Assembly (NCBI GenBank): GCA_018985225.1
Contig: JADGIF010000486.1
Coordinates: 1 to 7,780 of the forward strand
Length of the DNA: 7,780 nucleotides
Reading direction: 5' to 3'
DNA from: Amoeboradix gromovi X-113
Taxonomy: Eukaryota; Fungi; Sanchytriomycota
The translations under genes and the position numbers were made by a program. Shown here one piece after another: positions 7,561 to 7,780 of this stretch. Positions within the stretch are counted from its first letter, which is position 1. Each line of letters starts with the position of its first letter. The notes below the pieces were generated by a model, which saw only the letters and a list, made by a program, of their open reading frames with translations, did no database searches and was not told where the DNA came from.

Positions 7561-7574
7561 GACTTTTAACGAGG
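7450..7574 (+). ncRNA. Putative Fanzor omegaRNA scaffold / element right end
   Basis: Lies immediately 3' of RuvC-III. Stem GTAGTGC (7475-7481)/GCACTGC (7514-7520) encloses a GTGA-GCAA-TCAC GNRA hairpin (7486-7497). A second long hairpin TAGTTTCT (7521-7528)/GGAAATTA (7552-7559) has an inner stem GGAAAT/ATTTTC. Boundaries are inferred. Confidence 0.55.
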
Positions 7575-7780
7575 AATACTTCTGAAGAATAGATTCAGCC
7601 GTCTTCGCAAATGGTGTCTCATTCAATAAGAGCGCATATTAGCAGCTGAACAATAGGTCAGCCAATCTTGGTAAAGATAAGAAGATGAAATGCTATGCTA
7701 GGCTTGTGCAAACATGGGCAGTTATTAAGTTTAATTTAATAGAGCACTTATCGCGACTATGTGGCTTTTATTCTACCAAT

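Noticed and set aside
1-7780. CRISPR array, tRNA/rRNA, transposase (TnpA) gene, terminal TSDs
   Set aside because: No regularly spaced direct repeats, RNA-gene signatures or recombinase/transposase motifs were seen. Element left ends are deleted or outside the window.

Overview
AT-rich, gene-dense eukaryotic DNA, probably from a compact fungal or fungus-related genome. That is inferred from intronless housekeeping genes, a 67-bp intergenic gap and candidate GT-AG introns of about 28-37 nt. The core holds two intact + strand genes: an SLC10A7/RCH1-type SBF-like membrane transporter (~2598-3791) and an unusually short Rix7/NVL double-AAA ATPase (3859-5586). These are flanked by an orphan gene (701-1679, probably two exons) and a - strand gene with dsRNA-binding-motif-like segments (5939-~6793). 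The ORF track misses that both window ends carry remnants of the same Fanzor2-type (eukaryotic TnpB-like) RNA-guided nuclease family. The right copy (~7190-7574) keeps the rearranged RuvC-II signature, the zinc ribbon, RuvC-III and a structured, omegaRNA-like 3' region. The left copy (1-185) is a fold-back rearrangement. Each Fanzor remnant is joined head-to-head to a homologous, intron-containing gene fragment (266-449 vs 7034-7189), so two inverted 'Fanzor + partner gene' units bracket about 6.5 kb of host genes. A much more decayed Fanzor1-like remnant may lie at ~2130-2575, directly upstream of the transporter.
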